Shown: positions 50,044 to 60,631 of the stretch, one piece after another
Numbering within the stretch: position 1 is the first letter of the stretch
Layout: each line of letters begins with the position of its first letter
DNA from: an uncultured Eubacteriales bacterium
GTDB lineage: Bacteria; Bacillota; Clostridia; TANB77; UBA1234
Direction of reading: 5' to 3'
Length of the DNA: 64,000 bases
Assembly (NCBI GenBank): GCA_964515475.1
Contig: CAZEVD010000003.1
Location: 521-64,520 of the forward strand
The notes under the pieces: model-generated
Told to the model about the DNA's origin: nothing
The model's input: the letters and a program-made list of their open reading frames with translations, nothing else
The model's database searches: none
Translations under genes and position numbers: made by a program

Positions 50044-52425
50044 TTATTCCCACCAGAATTTTTCTTCATCGTCTTTTTCTTCTGCTTTATCATCTTTATT
50101 ATCGCCACTATCTGGCTTTTTATTATCATCATCTTTTTCGTCATCTTCAGATGATATATAATTTCCGTTTTCATCAACTTCACAATAATGATATTCACAA
50201 TAAGTACTTGGTACTTCGTATTCATAATCGTTAGGTAATACAGAAGGAGCTTCTTCATATTGTCTATCTATAAATACTAAATCAATCGTTCCTACTGTTG
50301 ATTTACAAGTTGGGTTTGCCAACTTAAATGTTTCTGGACATACAGCCATTGATACATGAGTTGTACATTCTTCTGTAGGAACTGTTCCTGAAACAAAATA
50401 TTCAGTAGTTGTTCTATCTCCTCTTCTATCAGTTCTACAATATTCAGTTGGTAATAATCCAGAATCCAAACAAACTTCTGCAGTCAGAACACCTGAAGGT
50501 TTATCGAATTGTTTTGTAGCTAAATTAGCATGAACCTTAGACATAACTGCTTTCCAAAGTCTAGCCGAAGGATTTCCAGTAGCATTAACTCTTTGTTGAA
50601 CATCATATCCAGTCCAAACAGATGCAACATAATATGGTGTATAACCAGCAAACCATCTATCCATCGAACCATTTGTTGTACCAGTTTTACCAGCAACAGG
50701 CATATTAGAAAGTGCAGCGGCACTACCAGTTGCGCTAATACCACCAACAACATCTCTTAACATACTTGTTACTATGAATGCAGTTTGTTCTGAAACAACT
50801 TCTTTTATTTTACTTGTTTTTTCTAATATAACTTCTTCATTTCTATCTACAACTTTTGTATACAACTTAGGTTCTATATACATACCACCATTTGCAAGTG
50901 TTCCATAAGCTGCAGCATGTTCTAATGTTGACATACCTTTTGTTAAACCACCCAAAGCAAGTGCTCCAGGATATATATCTGAACTTGTTATCGAAGATAT
51001 TCCGAAAGCCCTTAAATAATTAACTGCTGTTGAAGAACCAACTTCTTGGAATGCTTTTGCAGCAATTATATTACTTGAAATTTCGATCGCCTTTCTTACT
51101 GGTGTCAAACCTCTATATCCTTTATAACTGTTTGATGGTGTCCAATAATCTACACCAACTTTTGTTGTATAAGGGACGTCATCAAAATTTGTTGCAGCTG
51201 TAAACGCACCAATTTCTATACCTGGAGCATAAACAGCTAAAGGTTTAATTGTTGAACCTGGTGCTCTATATGTTTGTGTAGCTCTATTAAGTCCTCTTTG
51301 TGTTGTTTTTTCACCAGCACCACCGATAAGACCAACAACATCACCTTTTCTATAATCAATTATAACCATCGCAGATTGAAGATCTGGATCATATTCACCA
51401 TTACTTAATTTAAAATATTTTTCCGCTTCATCAACATATATAGATTCAATTGCTTCTTGTATTTCAGGATCAATTGTTGTGTATATTTTTAAACCATTTG
51501 AATAAATCATTTTTCTAGCCATTGCAGCAGTTACACCTTTTTCTTCTTGTAAATCTGCAATCAACTCATCTATAAGTGCATCTACAAAATATGAATTACT
51601 AGAAGTTTGTTGTAATGTACCTTTTTCATATATTAATTCTTTTGCCTTAGCAGTTTCATACTCTTCAGTAGAGATATAGCCTAATTCTTTCATTTTTCCT
51701 AAAACCAGCTCTTGACGAGCTTTTGCTTTTTCTGGATGAACATAAGGATTATATCCTTCAGGCGCTTGTGCTAATCCGGCAATCAATGCAGCTTCTGCAA
51801 TATCTAAATCAGCAGCACTCTTATTGAAATATGTGTATGCAGCTGTTTCAACACCGTATGCACCACTTCCTAAATAAATCATATTCATATATAATTCAAT
51901 AATTTGATCTTTTGTTAGCCATTGCTCAACTTGAATAGCTCTAACAATTTCTCTGGCTTTTCTTTGCCAATTACGTCCATTATCTTCAGTAACTTTTTTT
52001 ATCAACTGTTGCGTAATTGTACTTCCACCAAATTCAGAATCACCCGTAAAAACGAATTGAACAACAGCAGCTGCTGTACGTTTTATGTCTATTCCAATAT
52101 GCTTTTCAAAACGTTCATCTTCAATTGCAATGAAAGCTTTTGGTAAATATGGTGACATATCGCCCATCGCTGAATACAATCTGTTTTCTGAACTATATAA
52201 ACTTACATATTCATTTCCATATTTATCGTAGATAATTGTTGTAAAATTACTAATTTCAAAATCTGCTCTTGATAAGGCGCCAGCTCCATTTAATATCGAC
52301 ATTACGAAGCCAACAACTAAAGCGATACCTACGAACATACATATCAAAATAACTGCAAAAAATATTTTCCAAAAACTCTTTTTGTTTTTCTTTTTTGTTT
52401 TTTTCTTCTTGGTATTATTTGGCAT
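50044..52425 (-). CDS. Class A penicillin-binding protein (bifunctional transglycosylase/transpeptidase, PBP1A family)
   Basis: Lys-rich N-terminal TM anchor, GT51 motifs (EDERFEKHIGID, GGSTITQQL), SxxK / SxN / KTG transpeptidase motifs. Acidic low-complexity C-terminal tail. 793 aa. Confidence 0.9.
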   Translation of the reverse strand: MPNNTKKKKTKKKNKKSFWKIFFAVILICMFVGIALVVGFVMSILNGAGALSRADFEISNFTTIIYDKYGNEYVSLYSSENRLYSAMGDMSPYLPKAFIAIEDERFEKHIGIDIKRTAAAVVQFVFTGDSEFGGSTITQQLIKKVTEDNGRNWQRKAREIVRAIQVEQWLTKDQIIELYMNMIYLGSGAYGVETAAYTYFNKSAADLDIAEAALIAGLAQAPEGYNPYVHPEKAKARQELVLGKMKELGYISTEEYETAKAKELIYEKGTLQQTSSNSYFVDALIDELIADLQEEKGVTAAMARKMIYSNGLKIYTTIDPEIQEAIESIYVDEAEKYFKLSNGEYDPDLQSAMVIIDYRKGDVVGLIGGAGEKTTQRGLNRATQTYRAPGSTIKPLAVYAPGIEIGAFTAATNFDDVPYTTKVGVDYWTPSNSYKGYRGLTPVRKAIEISSNIIAAKAFQEVGSSTAVNYLRAFGISSITSSDIYPGALALGGLTKGMSTLEHAAAYGTLANGGMYIEPKLYTKVVDRNEEVILEKTSKIKEVVSEQTAFIVTSMLRDVVGGISATGSAAALSNMPVAGKTGTTNGSMDRWFAGYTPYYVASVWTGYDVQQRVNATGNPSARLWKAVMSKVHANLATKQFDKPSGVLTAEVCLDSGLLPTEYCRTDRRGDRTTTEYFVSGTVPTEECTTHVSMAVCPETFKLANPTCKSTVGTIDLVFIDRQYEEAPSVLPNDYEYEVPSTYCEYHYCEVDENGNYISSEDDEKDDDNKKPDSGDNKDDKAEEKDDEEKFWWE

Positions 52426-52514
52426 TTTTTCGCCTCCCTCAAAATTCTACTAGGTAATTATATCATAAAGTAGAATACATGTAACTATTTTTTATATAAT
52501 TAACCAGCATATTT

Positions 52515-53363
52515 TCAATCTTTCAAATCCTTGATACAAGTATATATTCCGGCACCTTCTTTTATTAATTTGTTAGTTCCTACACTCATATTAGAATTAA
52601 TATTTCCTGGAACTGCATAAACATCTTTTCCTTGTTCTAATGCATGATTTACAGTTATTGATGTACCACTATTTATCGCAGCTTCAACCACAATAATTTT
52701 ATCTGCAAGTCCACTTATAATTCTGTTTCTCATTGGGAAATTTTCTGGGCAAGGTTTTGTACCAACAACATATTCTGAAATTATAAGTCCTTTTTCCATC
52801 ATTTCTTTATATAAATTAATATTTACTTTTGGATATACAATATCTAATCCACAGCCTAAAACTCCGATTGTTTTTCCTTTATTTTGTAAAGCTCCTTTAT
52901 GAGCATACGTATCAATACCTTTTGCTAATCCGCTCACTACTACATAATTTTCTGTAATTCCATCTTTAGCTATATTATATGCATTTCTAAGACCATAATT
53001 ACTTGCATTTCTTGAACCTATTATTGCAATACTTTTTTTATTTAACAAGTTTATATCGCCTTTATAAAATAGTGTAATTGGCATACTATAAATATTTTTT
53101 AATTTTTCTGGATATTCCTCATCAAAGAAATTAATATACCTTATATCACATTTTTTATTTTTTTCGATTATACTATCAATCTTTGTTATATCCTTGCTAG
53201 TTTCTATCTTTTCACAAATTTTTTCATTAAATCCTTCAATAGATAAAATCTCTTTTTTAGTTGCATTATAAAATTTTTCTGGACTTCTAAATTTTTGCAG
53301 CGCTCTCAATTTTCGCACAGAACCTAAACCTTCAATACTTGCTAACCAAATCCAATAATCCAT
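52515..53363 (-). CDS. dprA: DNA processing protein DprA (Smf)
   Basis: Start at MDYWIWL with a GGGAGG RBS. Rossmann-like DprA core (GLAKGID..AHKGAL). About 282 aa. Confidence 0.85.
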   Translation of the reverse strand: MDYWIWLASIEGLGSVRKLRALQKFRSPEKFYNATKKEILSIEGFNEKICEKIETSKDITKIDSIIEKNKKCDIRYINFFDEEYPEKLKNIYSMPITLFYKGDINLLNKKSIAIIGSRNASNYGLRNAYNIAKDGITENYVVVSGLAKGIDTYAHKGALQNKGKTIGVLGCGLDIVYPKVNINLYKEMMEKGLIISEYVVGTKPCPENFPMRNRIISGLADKIIVVEAAINSGTSITVNHALEQGKDVYAVPGNINSNMSVGTNKLIKEGAGIYTCIKDLKD

Positions 53364-53417
53364 TTTACCTCCCAAAAAAAAGAGTGCTTTGCACATTTGC
53401 AAAACACCCCATTAATA

Positions 53418-54260
53418 TTATTTTTTATTTTGTAATTCATAAGCTTTAATTACATTCTCCATTAAAGCCATGATCGTCATAGGACCAACACCACCCGGTA
53501 CTGGCGTAATATAACTTACTTTATCTTTCACACTTTCAAAATCAACATCCCCAACGATTTTCTTAGTGCCTGGTATTCTATTTATACCAACATCAATTAC
53601 AACTGCATCTTCTTTTACCATATCTGCTTTTATAAAATCCGGATTACCTATCGCAACAACCAAAATATCTGCAGTTCTAGTGATTTCTTCTAATTTTTTT
53701 GTTTTTGAATGACATATTGTAATTGTACCATTAGCATTTAATAAAAGTTCCGCCATTGGCTTACCAACTATGTTACTTCTTCCTACTACAACACAATGTT
53801 TTCCTGTAACATCGATATCATACTCTTCTAATAACATCATTATGCCAGAAGGTGTACACGCTCTAAAAGAATCTTGCCCTTGAACTAATCTTCCGGTATT
53901 AATTGGACTAAATCCATCCACATCTTTTTCAGGATTAATTAGTTCAAATGCTTTCAAAATATCTAAATGGTATGGAATCGGACTTTGTAATAAAATAGCA
54001 TTTGTTTTTTCATCATCATTTAACTTTCCGATAAGCTCCATTAAATCCTTTTGTTCAATTTCTTTATCTAAATGATACTCCGTAAAATCAATTCCTACTT
54101 CTTCGCACATTTTTCTTTTTAAGCGAACATAAATCTCAGAAGCAGAATCTTCTCCAACTCTTATAACAGCTAAAGAAGGTACACCTGGCAACTCTTTAAT
54201 TTTAGCTTTAATTTTTTCTTTACGTTTTTCTGCAACTTTTTTTCCTTCGATTAAAATCAT
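53418..54260 (-). CDS. folD: Bifunctional methylenetetrahydrofolate dehydrogenase/cyclohydrolase
   Basis: FolD family pattern with conserved catalytic Lys region and NADP-binding GRSNIVGKP. 280 aa. Confidence 0.9.
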   Translation of the reverse strand: MILIEGKKVAEKRKEKIKAKIKELPGVPSLAVIRVGEDSASEIYVRLKRKMCEEVGIDFTEYHLDKEIEQKDLMELIGKLNDDEKTNAILLQSPIPYHLDILKAFELINPEKDVDGFSPINTGRLVQGQDSFRACTPSGIMMLLEEYDIDVTGKHCVVVGRSNIVGKPMAELLLNANGTITICHSKTKKLEEITRTADILVVAIGNPDFIKADMVKEDAVVIDVGINRIPGTKKIVGDVDFESVKDKVSYITPVPGGVGPMTIMALMENVIKAYELQNKK

Positions 54261-54272
54261 TTTCTATTCTCC

Positions 54273-55085
54273 TTATAAAATAAATATTTTCATCAATATA
54301 AGTAATCCAAAAATAACTCTATAAATCCCAAAAACTTTAAAACTTCCTTTTTGTAAATACTTTAATAAAAATTTAATAACAAGAATTCCAATTAAGAAAC
54401 TAGCAAAAACACCTGCAAAAAACGCACCTGAAAATACGAAATCACCAAGATTTAATATTACAGCGCCTAAAACGATTGGTGCAGATAGCATAAAAGAATA
54501 TTTTGCTGCAGATTCCCTATCGACTCCCATAGCTCTTGCTGTTGTCATTGTTATTCCAGAACGAGAAACACCTGGAATAAAAGCAAGTGCTTGTGATAAT
54601 CCAATCAAAAAAGTTTGTTTCAATGTCATCTCTTCATACTTTACAGTTGATTTAGACTTTTTATCTACAAAATATAACACAATACCTAAAACAATTAGAG
54701 CACATGCAATAATTGTCATTGCAAGTTTTACACCTCTTGCTTCGATAAAACCATCTATAATATCATCTAGTACAAATCCTATAAGACCACCTGGTATAGT
54801 TGCAAGAACTAAATACCAAAACATAGTCCCTTCTCTGTTTTTTTCTTTTTTAAAAGTTGTTTTATAAGCACCAACCAATAAATTAATCCAATCCTTAAAA
54901 AAGAAAATTCCAATTGCAAGTAATGTACCAGCATGTAACGCAACATCAAATGCTCCTATATCTTCTATTCCCCATAAAAGCCAAGGAAGCACTGTTAAAT
55001 GTGCAGAACTTGAAACTGGTAATAACTCAGTAAGACCTTGAACAATACCCAAAAAAATTGCTTGAAACATTGAAATGTCTAACAT
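54273..55085 (-). CDS. uppP: Undecaprenyl-diphosphatase
   Basis: BacA/UppP family with the PVSSSAHL motif. 8-TM topology. 270 aa. Confidence 0.9.
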   Translation of the reverse strand: MLDISMFQAIFLGIVQGLTELLPVSSSAHLTVLPWLLWGIEDIGAFDVALHAGTLLAIGIFFFKDWINLLVGAYKTTFKKEKNREGTMFWYLVLATIPGGLIGFVLDDIIDGFIEARGVKLAMTIIACALIVLGIVLYFVDKKSKSTVKYEEMTLKQTFLIGLSQALAFIPGVSRSGITMTTARAMGVDRESAAKYSFMLSAPIVLGAVILNLGDFVFSGAFFAGVFASFLIGILVIKFLLKYLQKGSFKVFGIYRVIFGLLILMKIFIL

Positions 55086-55112
55086 TTTTTCCTCCTTAGT
55101 AATTTGTATATT

Positions 55113-56309
55113 TTACAGATTATATTTATCCATAAAATTAAATTCTACCTCTTCTTCTTCAACTTCTTGAATTTCTATACTTTGCAAATCAACATCTTTA
55201 GTTTCTTCTTTTTCAAATTCACTTTTTACCTTTTCATCAATAGCCTTTTCCAATTTCATTTGAGCTTGCGAAACCATGTGCATACCTGTTAAATATTCTT
55301 TAACATTCTTAAATAGAGGTTCCGTTTCTGCTTTATATCTATAACTTGGTTCTCTTTCGATAGAGTATTCAATATATGAAATAGCTTCAACCTCATTATT
55401 TTGAAGCATAGCAATTTTCGCAAGTTGATAATAAGATTTAGCTGCAATCTCCGTACTTTGAGAAGCAGATGTAAATGCAGTTTTAGCTTCGTCCAATTCG
55501 CCTTTTAATAAATGAATTTGGCCAATACTAAAATGAGCTTCATAAAGTTTTGGATTTAATTCGATAGCTTTTTGATAGCAATTCAAAGCCTCCGAAAAAT
55601 CTCTTAACTCTGTTCTCACGATACCCATACTATAATACAAATCATAATTTTCCAAATCATATTTTATTGCTCTTTGATATACATTAATAGCTTCATCATA
55701 CTTATTTTCAGCACATAAAACTAATGCTAATAATTCAGAAGCTGGCGTAAAATCTGGTTTAATTCTTAGCGCATTATCCAAAACAATTTGAGCATCAGCT
55801 TTTTTATTTAACTCGTTAAAAATGATACCAATCTCATAATATGATTTGTAATCATTTTTATTTAGTTCAACCGCTTTCGCAAATTTATCAAACGCAGTTC
55901 TTCTATCTCCAAGTGCATTATATGCCTTACCTAATTTAACATATATCGCACCGTTTTTTTGATTCTTTTCGGCTGCAGTTTTATATAGTTCTATAGCTTT
56001 GTTATACTCATTTTTCTTTACGAAATAGTCCCCTAACTTTATTAAGAAATATTCACTAACATCAATTTTTATGTACTCAAATACAAATAATGTTGAAGGT
56101 ATAATAACCGAAAAAACAAGGATAAACGCTTGTATCGCATAGTTTGGAAATACACCTTTAAATAATGACAAAATTTGTACCATAAATGAAATCACTTGAA
56201 AACTCAATAACATTATATATGGCATCTCTTTTGTTTTAATGTATTTGCTTGCAATATATACAAGCATCACAGCGCACAAACAACTATAAACTATTCTTTC
56301 AATTAACAT
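55113..56309 (-). CDS. Membrane-anchored tetratricopeptide-repeat protein
   Basis: Two N-terminal TM helices followed by multiple TPR units (recurring AxxxYxxAxxxNP-like pattern). 398 aa. Confidence 0.7.
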   Translation of the reverse strand: MLIERIVYSCLCAVMLVYIASKYIKTKEMPYIMLLSFQVISFMVQILSLFKGVFPNYAIQAFILVFSVIIPSTLFVFEYIKIDVSEYFLIKLGDYFVKKNEYNKAIELYKTAAEKNQKNGAIYVKLGKAYNALGDRRTAFDKFAKAVELNKNDYKSYYEIGIIFNELNKKADAQIVLDNALRIKPDFTPASELLALVLCAENKYDEAINVYQRAIKYDLENYDLYYSMGIVRTELRDFSEALNCYQKAIELNPKLYEAHFSIGQIHLLKGELDEAKTAFTSASQSTEIAAKSYYQLAKIAMLQNNEVEAISYIEYSIEREPSYRYKAETEPLFKNVKEYLTGMHMVSQAQMKLEKAIDEKVKSEFEKEETKDVDLQSIEIQEVEEEEVEFNFMDKYNL

Positions 56310-56350
56310 CTTACTTGCTTCCTTTCAAAACTTCTTACAAATTCTAACCT

Positions 56351-56881
56351 TTAGTTATTTAAAAACTTTTCTTCATAAGCTTTTAAGCATTTTTCTATAC
56401 AAGCTTTAGCTTCTTCGGCCCCTTTCATTTCTTTTATCGCAGTTTGTTTTTCTTCTAGATATTTATAAACTTCAAAAAAATGAGAAATTTCATTTGACAA
56501 ATGTGCTGGTAATTCACTAATATCGCGATATTTAGATAAGTTTGGTTCTCTAACTGGTATCGCTATAATTTTTTCGTCTTCTTCTCCACCATCAATCATG
56601 TTAAGCATTCCTATTGGATAACACTCAACCAGTGTCATTGGTGTAATCTCTTCTTGACATAGAACCAAAACATCTAGTGGATCATTATCTTCAGCATATG
56701 TTCTTGGTATAAAACCATAATTTGCTGGATAATGTGTAGCTGTATACAAAATTCTATCTAATTTCAACAAACCCGTTTCTTTATCAAGTTCATATTTATT
56801 TTTGCTACCTATTGGGATTTCAATAACAGCAGTAAAAATTTCTGGCTTGATTCTGCTAGGATTTATGTCATGCCAAATATT
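56351..56881 (-). CDS. ppa: Inorganic pyrophosphatase (family I)
   Basis: DNDPLDVLV and conserved Asp cluster. About 176 aa. Start at MNIWHD. Confidence 0.85.
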   Translation of the reverse strand, partial: NIWHDINPSRIKPEIFTAVIEIPIGSKNKYELDKETGLLKLDRILYTATHYPANYGFIPRTYAEDNDPLDVLVLCQEEITPMTLVECYPIGMLNMIDGGEEDEKIIAIPVREPNLSKYRDISELPAHLSNEISHFFEVYKYLEEKQTAIKEMKGAEEAKACIEKCLKAYEEKFLNN

Positions 56882-57051
56882 CATAAAAAACACTCTCCCT
56901 TATCATTAATCGAATGTATTTTATATCAAAAAACCTCAAAATGTCTACCCTTTTTGGCAAAACCAAGAATAAATTAAAATATGTATTTTTCTTACATTTA
57001 TTTATGTTAAGTATTGAAAATATTTCATGAAAATTATATAATTATGCCACT

Positions 57052-57915
57052 ATGAAAAAGATAATTGTTGATAAAAATAATGTGATGGTAATAAACTACC
57101 TTCAAAACAAATTTAATAATCTAAAAATTGGTACAATTCACAAAGCTTTGCGTAATAAAGATATCCGTATAAACGGAATCAAAATTTCAGAAAACACCCT
57201 GTTAAATCAAGGTGATGAACTGACAGTATATATAACCGACGAATTGCTTTATGGTGTAAAAAAAATAACTAAGGAAAATATTGTATATAACGACGATAAT
57301 ATTGTTGTCATTTATAAACCTCAAGATATGTTAGTTGTATCACAAGATGATGAACTAGGATTAGATGTTCTTGCTAAGCAACTTTTAAATTGTCAATTAT
57401 ACCCATGTCATCGCATCGACAGAAATACTTCTGGAATTGTCATATTTTCAAAAAATAAAGAAGCAGAAATGGCTATGAATGAAATGATAAAAAATCATTT
57501 GCTTAGAAAATTTTATAGATGTACTGTTGTTGGCCATCCAAAGAATAAAAAAGCTACACTTACCGCATATCTATTTAAAGATAGTAAGTCAAGTCACGTA
57601 ATTGTTGCAAGCGAAAAGAAAAAAGGTTATGTAGAAATAATTACAAAATACGAAGTTATTTCATACAATAGTAATGGAACATCTGATTTAGAAGTGCAAT
57701 TAGTAACTGGACGTACACATCAAATAAGAGCTCATTTAGCATTTATCGGTTATCCTATTTTAGGCGATGGTAAATATGGAAATAATGAAACAAACAAAAA
57801 ATTCAAACTTACAAAACAAGAATTAGAAGCTTATAAAATAATATTTGATGCAGGTATTGGATGTTTAGAATACTTAACTGGAAAAACAATTCAAAAAAAA
57901 GACTTAATTTCTTAA
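57052..57915 (+). CDS. RluA-family pseudouridine synthase
   Basis: HRIDRNTSG catalytic Asp motif and TGRTHQIRAH motif. 287 aa. Confidence 0.85.
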   Translation: MKKIIVDKNNVMVINYLQNKFNNLKIGTIHKALRNKDIRINGIKISENTLLNQGDELTVYITDELLYGVKKITKENIVYNDDNIVVIYKPQDMLVVSQDDELGLDVLAKQLLNCQLYPCHRIDRNTSGIVIFSKNKEAEMAMNEMIKNHLLRKFYRCTVVGHPKNKKATLTAYLFKDSKSSHVIVASEKKKGYVEIITKYEVISYNSNGTSDLEVQLVTGRTHQIRAHLAFIGYPILGDGKYGNNETNKKFKLTKQELEAYKIIFDAGIGCLEYLTGKTIQKKDLIS

Positions 57916-58025
57916 GTCTTTTTTTGTTTTAAATTTTTTATTCTTATGTTACAAGATGCAAAGAACAATTCAACAATTTATAATATCATGAAAAAGATGC
58001 GATAACTCGCATCTTTTCGCTTTTA

Positions 58026-58721
58026 TTAATACATTGAAACTCCTACGAATGAAATTATAAAATATACAACTATCCAAACAGCTTCAACTATTACAAATTT
58101 ATTGAAAGCTTTTTGGTCATCTTGTTCATTACTTAAGAATTTAATCGCAAAGAACAATAACACTGTTGAAATAAGTCTTGCAAATGTATAAACTTTTCCA
58201 GATATTTTTGAAAATTCACTTACAAAAGTACTTACTATTGCTACTGCATCAGCAGCAATCAATGGTAATTTTACAGTTGTTACAGTTGTAATATATGTAA
58301 TTAAAGATTTTTTCTCTTTTTTATTTAACCATAATAGAATAACTGACATTCCAAGAACAGATACAATTGGTGCGAAGCCTACTTGAATAAAATCAACAAT
58401 TCTATCAACCAGCTCACCATAACCATTAATTAAATATTTTAACTTTTTTACAAGTTCAATAATTACCCATGCAATTAATAAAACAAGTGCAGTTTTAAAG
58501 AATTTATTAGAAGCATCATTTGCAATTTCATTAACTTTGCCCAAAGGATTTTTTATCAATTCTCCTATAAAACCTTTAGCAGCTTTAGCTTCTTCTTTTA
58601 CATCAACATTCTTTAAATTTTCTTTTACTTGATTAATAGTTTCTTGAGTTTCATTTTTTAACTCTTCAGCATTAATTCCTTGCTCTTCTTGATTTACGTT
58701 TTCATTTAGATTTTCATCCAT
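58026..58721 (-). CDS. Hypothetical polytopic membrane protein
   Basis: Acidic coiled N-terminus followed by about 5 TM helices. No family recognised. Confidence 0.5.
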   Translation of the reverse strand: MDENLNENVNQEEQGINAEELKNETQETINQVKENLKNVDVKEEAKAAKGFIGELIKNPLGKVNEIANDASNKFFKTALVLLIAWVIIELVKKLKYLINGYGELVDRIVDFIQVGFAPIVSVLGMSVILLWLNKKEKKSLITYITTVTTVKLPLIAADAVAIVSTFVSEFSKISGKVYTFARLISTVLLFFAIKFLSNEQDDQKAFNKFVIVEAVWIVVYFIISFVGVSMY

Positions 58722-58842
58722 TGGTATATCCCCCTTTTTCTCTTTTGAATAACTCTAAAAATATTTTACACTTAGGAAATTTAAGTGTCAAGATTTGACA
58801 AAAATAAGTAAATAAAAAAGCGATTTAAATCGCCTTTTCTTA

Positions 58843-59517
58843 TTACGTAATATTTTCAAATTCAAACGCACTCCAAGCACCAACTTTTTTTGGATAACAA
58901 TTAAATTTCATTATTTCATCTTTTGTTGGATGTTTAAATTCTATTTCATATGCCCATAAAGCAATTTGTACTCCTGGATTTGTTCGTCCATATTTTTGAT
59001 CCCCCACCAAAGGATGTCCAGCGTTTGAAAATTGAACTCTTATTTGATGATGACGTCCTGTTTCTAAATCTATTTTAACAAGTGATTTTCCATCTACTTC
59101 ACTTATTACTTCATATTTTAATTTTGCAAGTTTAGCACCATTCTTGTCCTTTGAAACAACTTTGCTTTTATTTAACGCTTCATCTTTAAATAAATAATCT
59201 TCAAATGAACCTTGCGTATTTTCAAATTTTCCTTCTACTACAGCTAAATATCTCTTTGAAAAATTATTTGTTCTTATTGCTTCGGATAATCTAGATGCAG
59301 CTTTAGAAGTTCTTGCAAAGACCATTATTCCACCTACAGGTCTATCAAGTCTATGTACTAACCCCAAAAATACTTCACCAGGTTTATTATATTTTTCTTT
59401 TATATATTTTTTTATAAGCGTCAACATATCTTCATCTGTAGTCTTGTCGGCTTGTGATGGAACATTACAAGGCTTCTCAACTACAATTATATGATTATCT
59501 TCATAAATAACATTAAG
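58843..59517 (-). CDS. RluA-family pseudouridine synthase (no S4 domain)
   Basis: HRLDRPVGG and TGRHHQIRVQF motifs. Start at MLNVIYE, with ATGA overlap coupling to the upstream methyltransferase gene. Confidence 0.8.
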   Translation of the reverse strand, partial: LNVIYEDNHIIVVEKPCNVPSQADKTTDEDMLTLIKKYIKEKYNKPGEVFLGLVHRLDRPVGGIMVFARTSKAASRLSEAIRTNNFSKRYLAVVEGKFENTQGSFEDYLFKDEALNKSKVVSKDKNGAKLAKLKYEVISEVDGKSLVKIDLETGRHHQIRVQFSNAGHPLVGDQKYGRTNPGVQIALWAYEIEFKHPTKDEIMKFNCYPKKVGAWSAFEFENIT

Positions 59518-59519
59518 CA

Positions 59520-60392
59520 TTATAAGCTCTCCCATCTTCCATAAATACCACAAGGTAATACAATTTCACTCTCTTTCATTGGTAGTCCTACTTCACCACA
59601 AGAAATTTTACCTTTTTGTTTTATATTCATTTTTAATAAATTAGCAAGAATTGTTGGAGATAATCCTGTTGTATAAGAATTTATTAAAAAGAATAAAGGT
59701 TTATCAGATAATACTTCTGTACATAATTTTATTAACGGTTCCAAACATTCTTCTATATTCCAAACTTCACCATTTGCTCCTCTACCATATGATGGAGGAT
59801 CCATAACTATAGCATCATATTTATTACCTCTTCTTATTTCTCTTTGAACAAATTTATTAACATCATCAATAATAAATCTTACCGGTCTATCTGCTAGTCC
59901 AGATGAAGCAATATTTTCTTTTGCCCAAGCAGTCATACCTTTAGAAGAATCAACGTGACAAACCGATGCACCAGCCGAAGCACATGCAACAGTCGCACCA
60001 CCTGTATATGCAAATAAATTCAAAACTTTAATCGGTCTCTTAGCAGCTTTTATTTTTGAAATCATAAAATCCCAATTAACTGCTTGCTCTGGGAATAAAC
60101 CTGTATGTTTAAATCCCATTGGTTTTAAATTAAAAGTCAAATCTTTATATTTAATTTGCCAACTTTTTGGAACATTCTTTATATATTGCCATTCGCCACC
60201 ACCAGATTTACTTCTGTGGTAATGCGCATTCGCTTTTTTCCATAAAGCCGGAACTTTCTTATCACTCCAAACAATTTGTGGATCTGGTCTTATTAGAATG
60301 ATATTCCCCCATCTTTCTAATTTTTCACCATTTGCCATATCTAAAATTTCGTAATCTTTCCATTTATCAGAAATTATCATATATTCCTCCAA
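59520..60392 (-). CDS. Class I SAM-dependent RNA methyltransferase (RlmI/YwbD-like)
   Basis: SAM-binding fold with the DPPSYG motif typical of rRNA m5C/m2G methyltransferases. 290 aa. Confidence 0.7.
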   Translation of the reverse strand: MEEYMIISDKWKDYEILDMANGEKLERWGNIILIRPDPQIVWSDKKVPALWKKANAHYHRSKSGGGEWQYIKNVPKSWQIKYKDLTFNLKPMGFKHTGLFPEQAVNWDFMISKIKAAKRPIKVLNLFAYTGGATVACASAGASVCHVDSSKGMTAWAKENIASSGLADRPVRFIIDDVNKFVQREIRRGNKYDAIVMDPPSYGRGANGEVWNIEECLEPLIKLCTEVLSDKPLFFLINSYTTGLSPTILANLLKMNIKQKGKISCGEVGLPMKESEIVLPCGIYGRWESL

Positions 60393-60631
60393 GAACTATT
60401 TTAGGGCCGTTTAAACAAAAGCCCGAATTCATAGGTATTATATCATAGAATACATAAAAAAGGAAGAAAGTGTTAAATTTAATCAAAAATACTGTAAAAT
60501 CCTTGATTCCGTAGCTTTAAGCGTTTACATAACCAAAAGGGCGTGATATAATATAAGTGCAAAACTGCACAAGTTTTAGCAAATCTGCAGTACTATCAAA
60601 ACTGCAAAATTTTGAAAAGGAGTGTATCAAA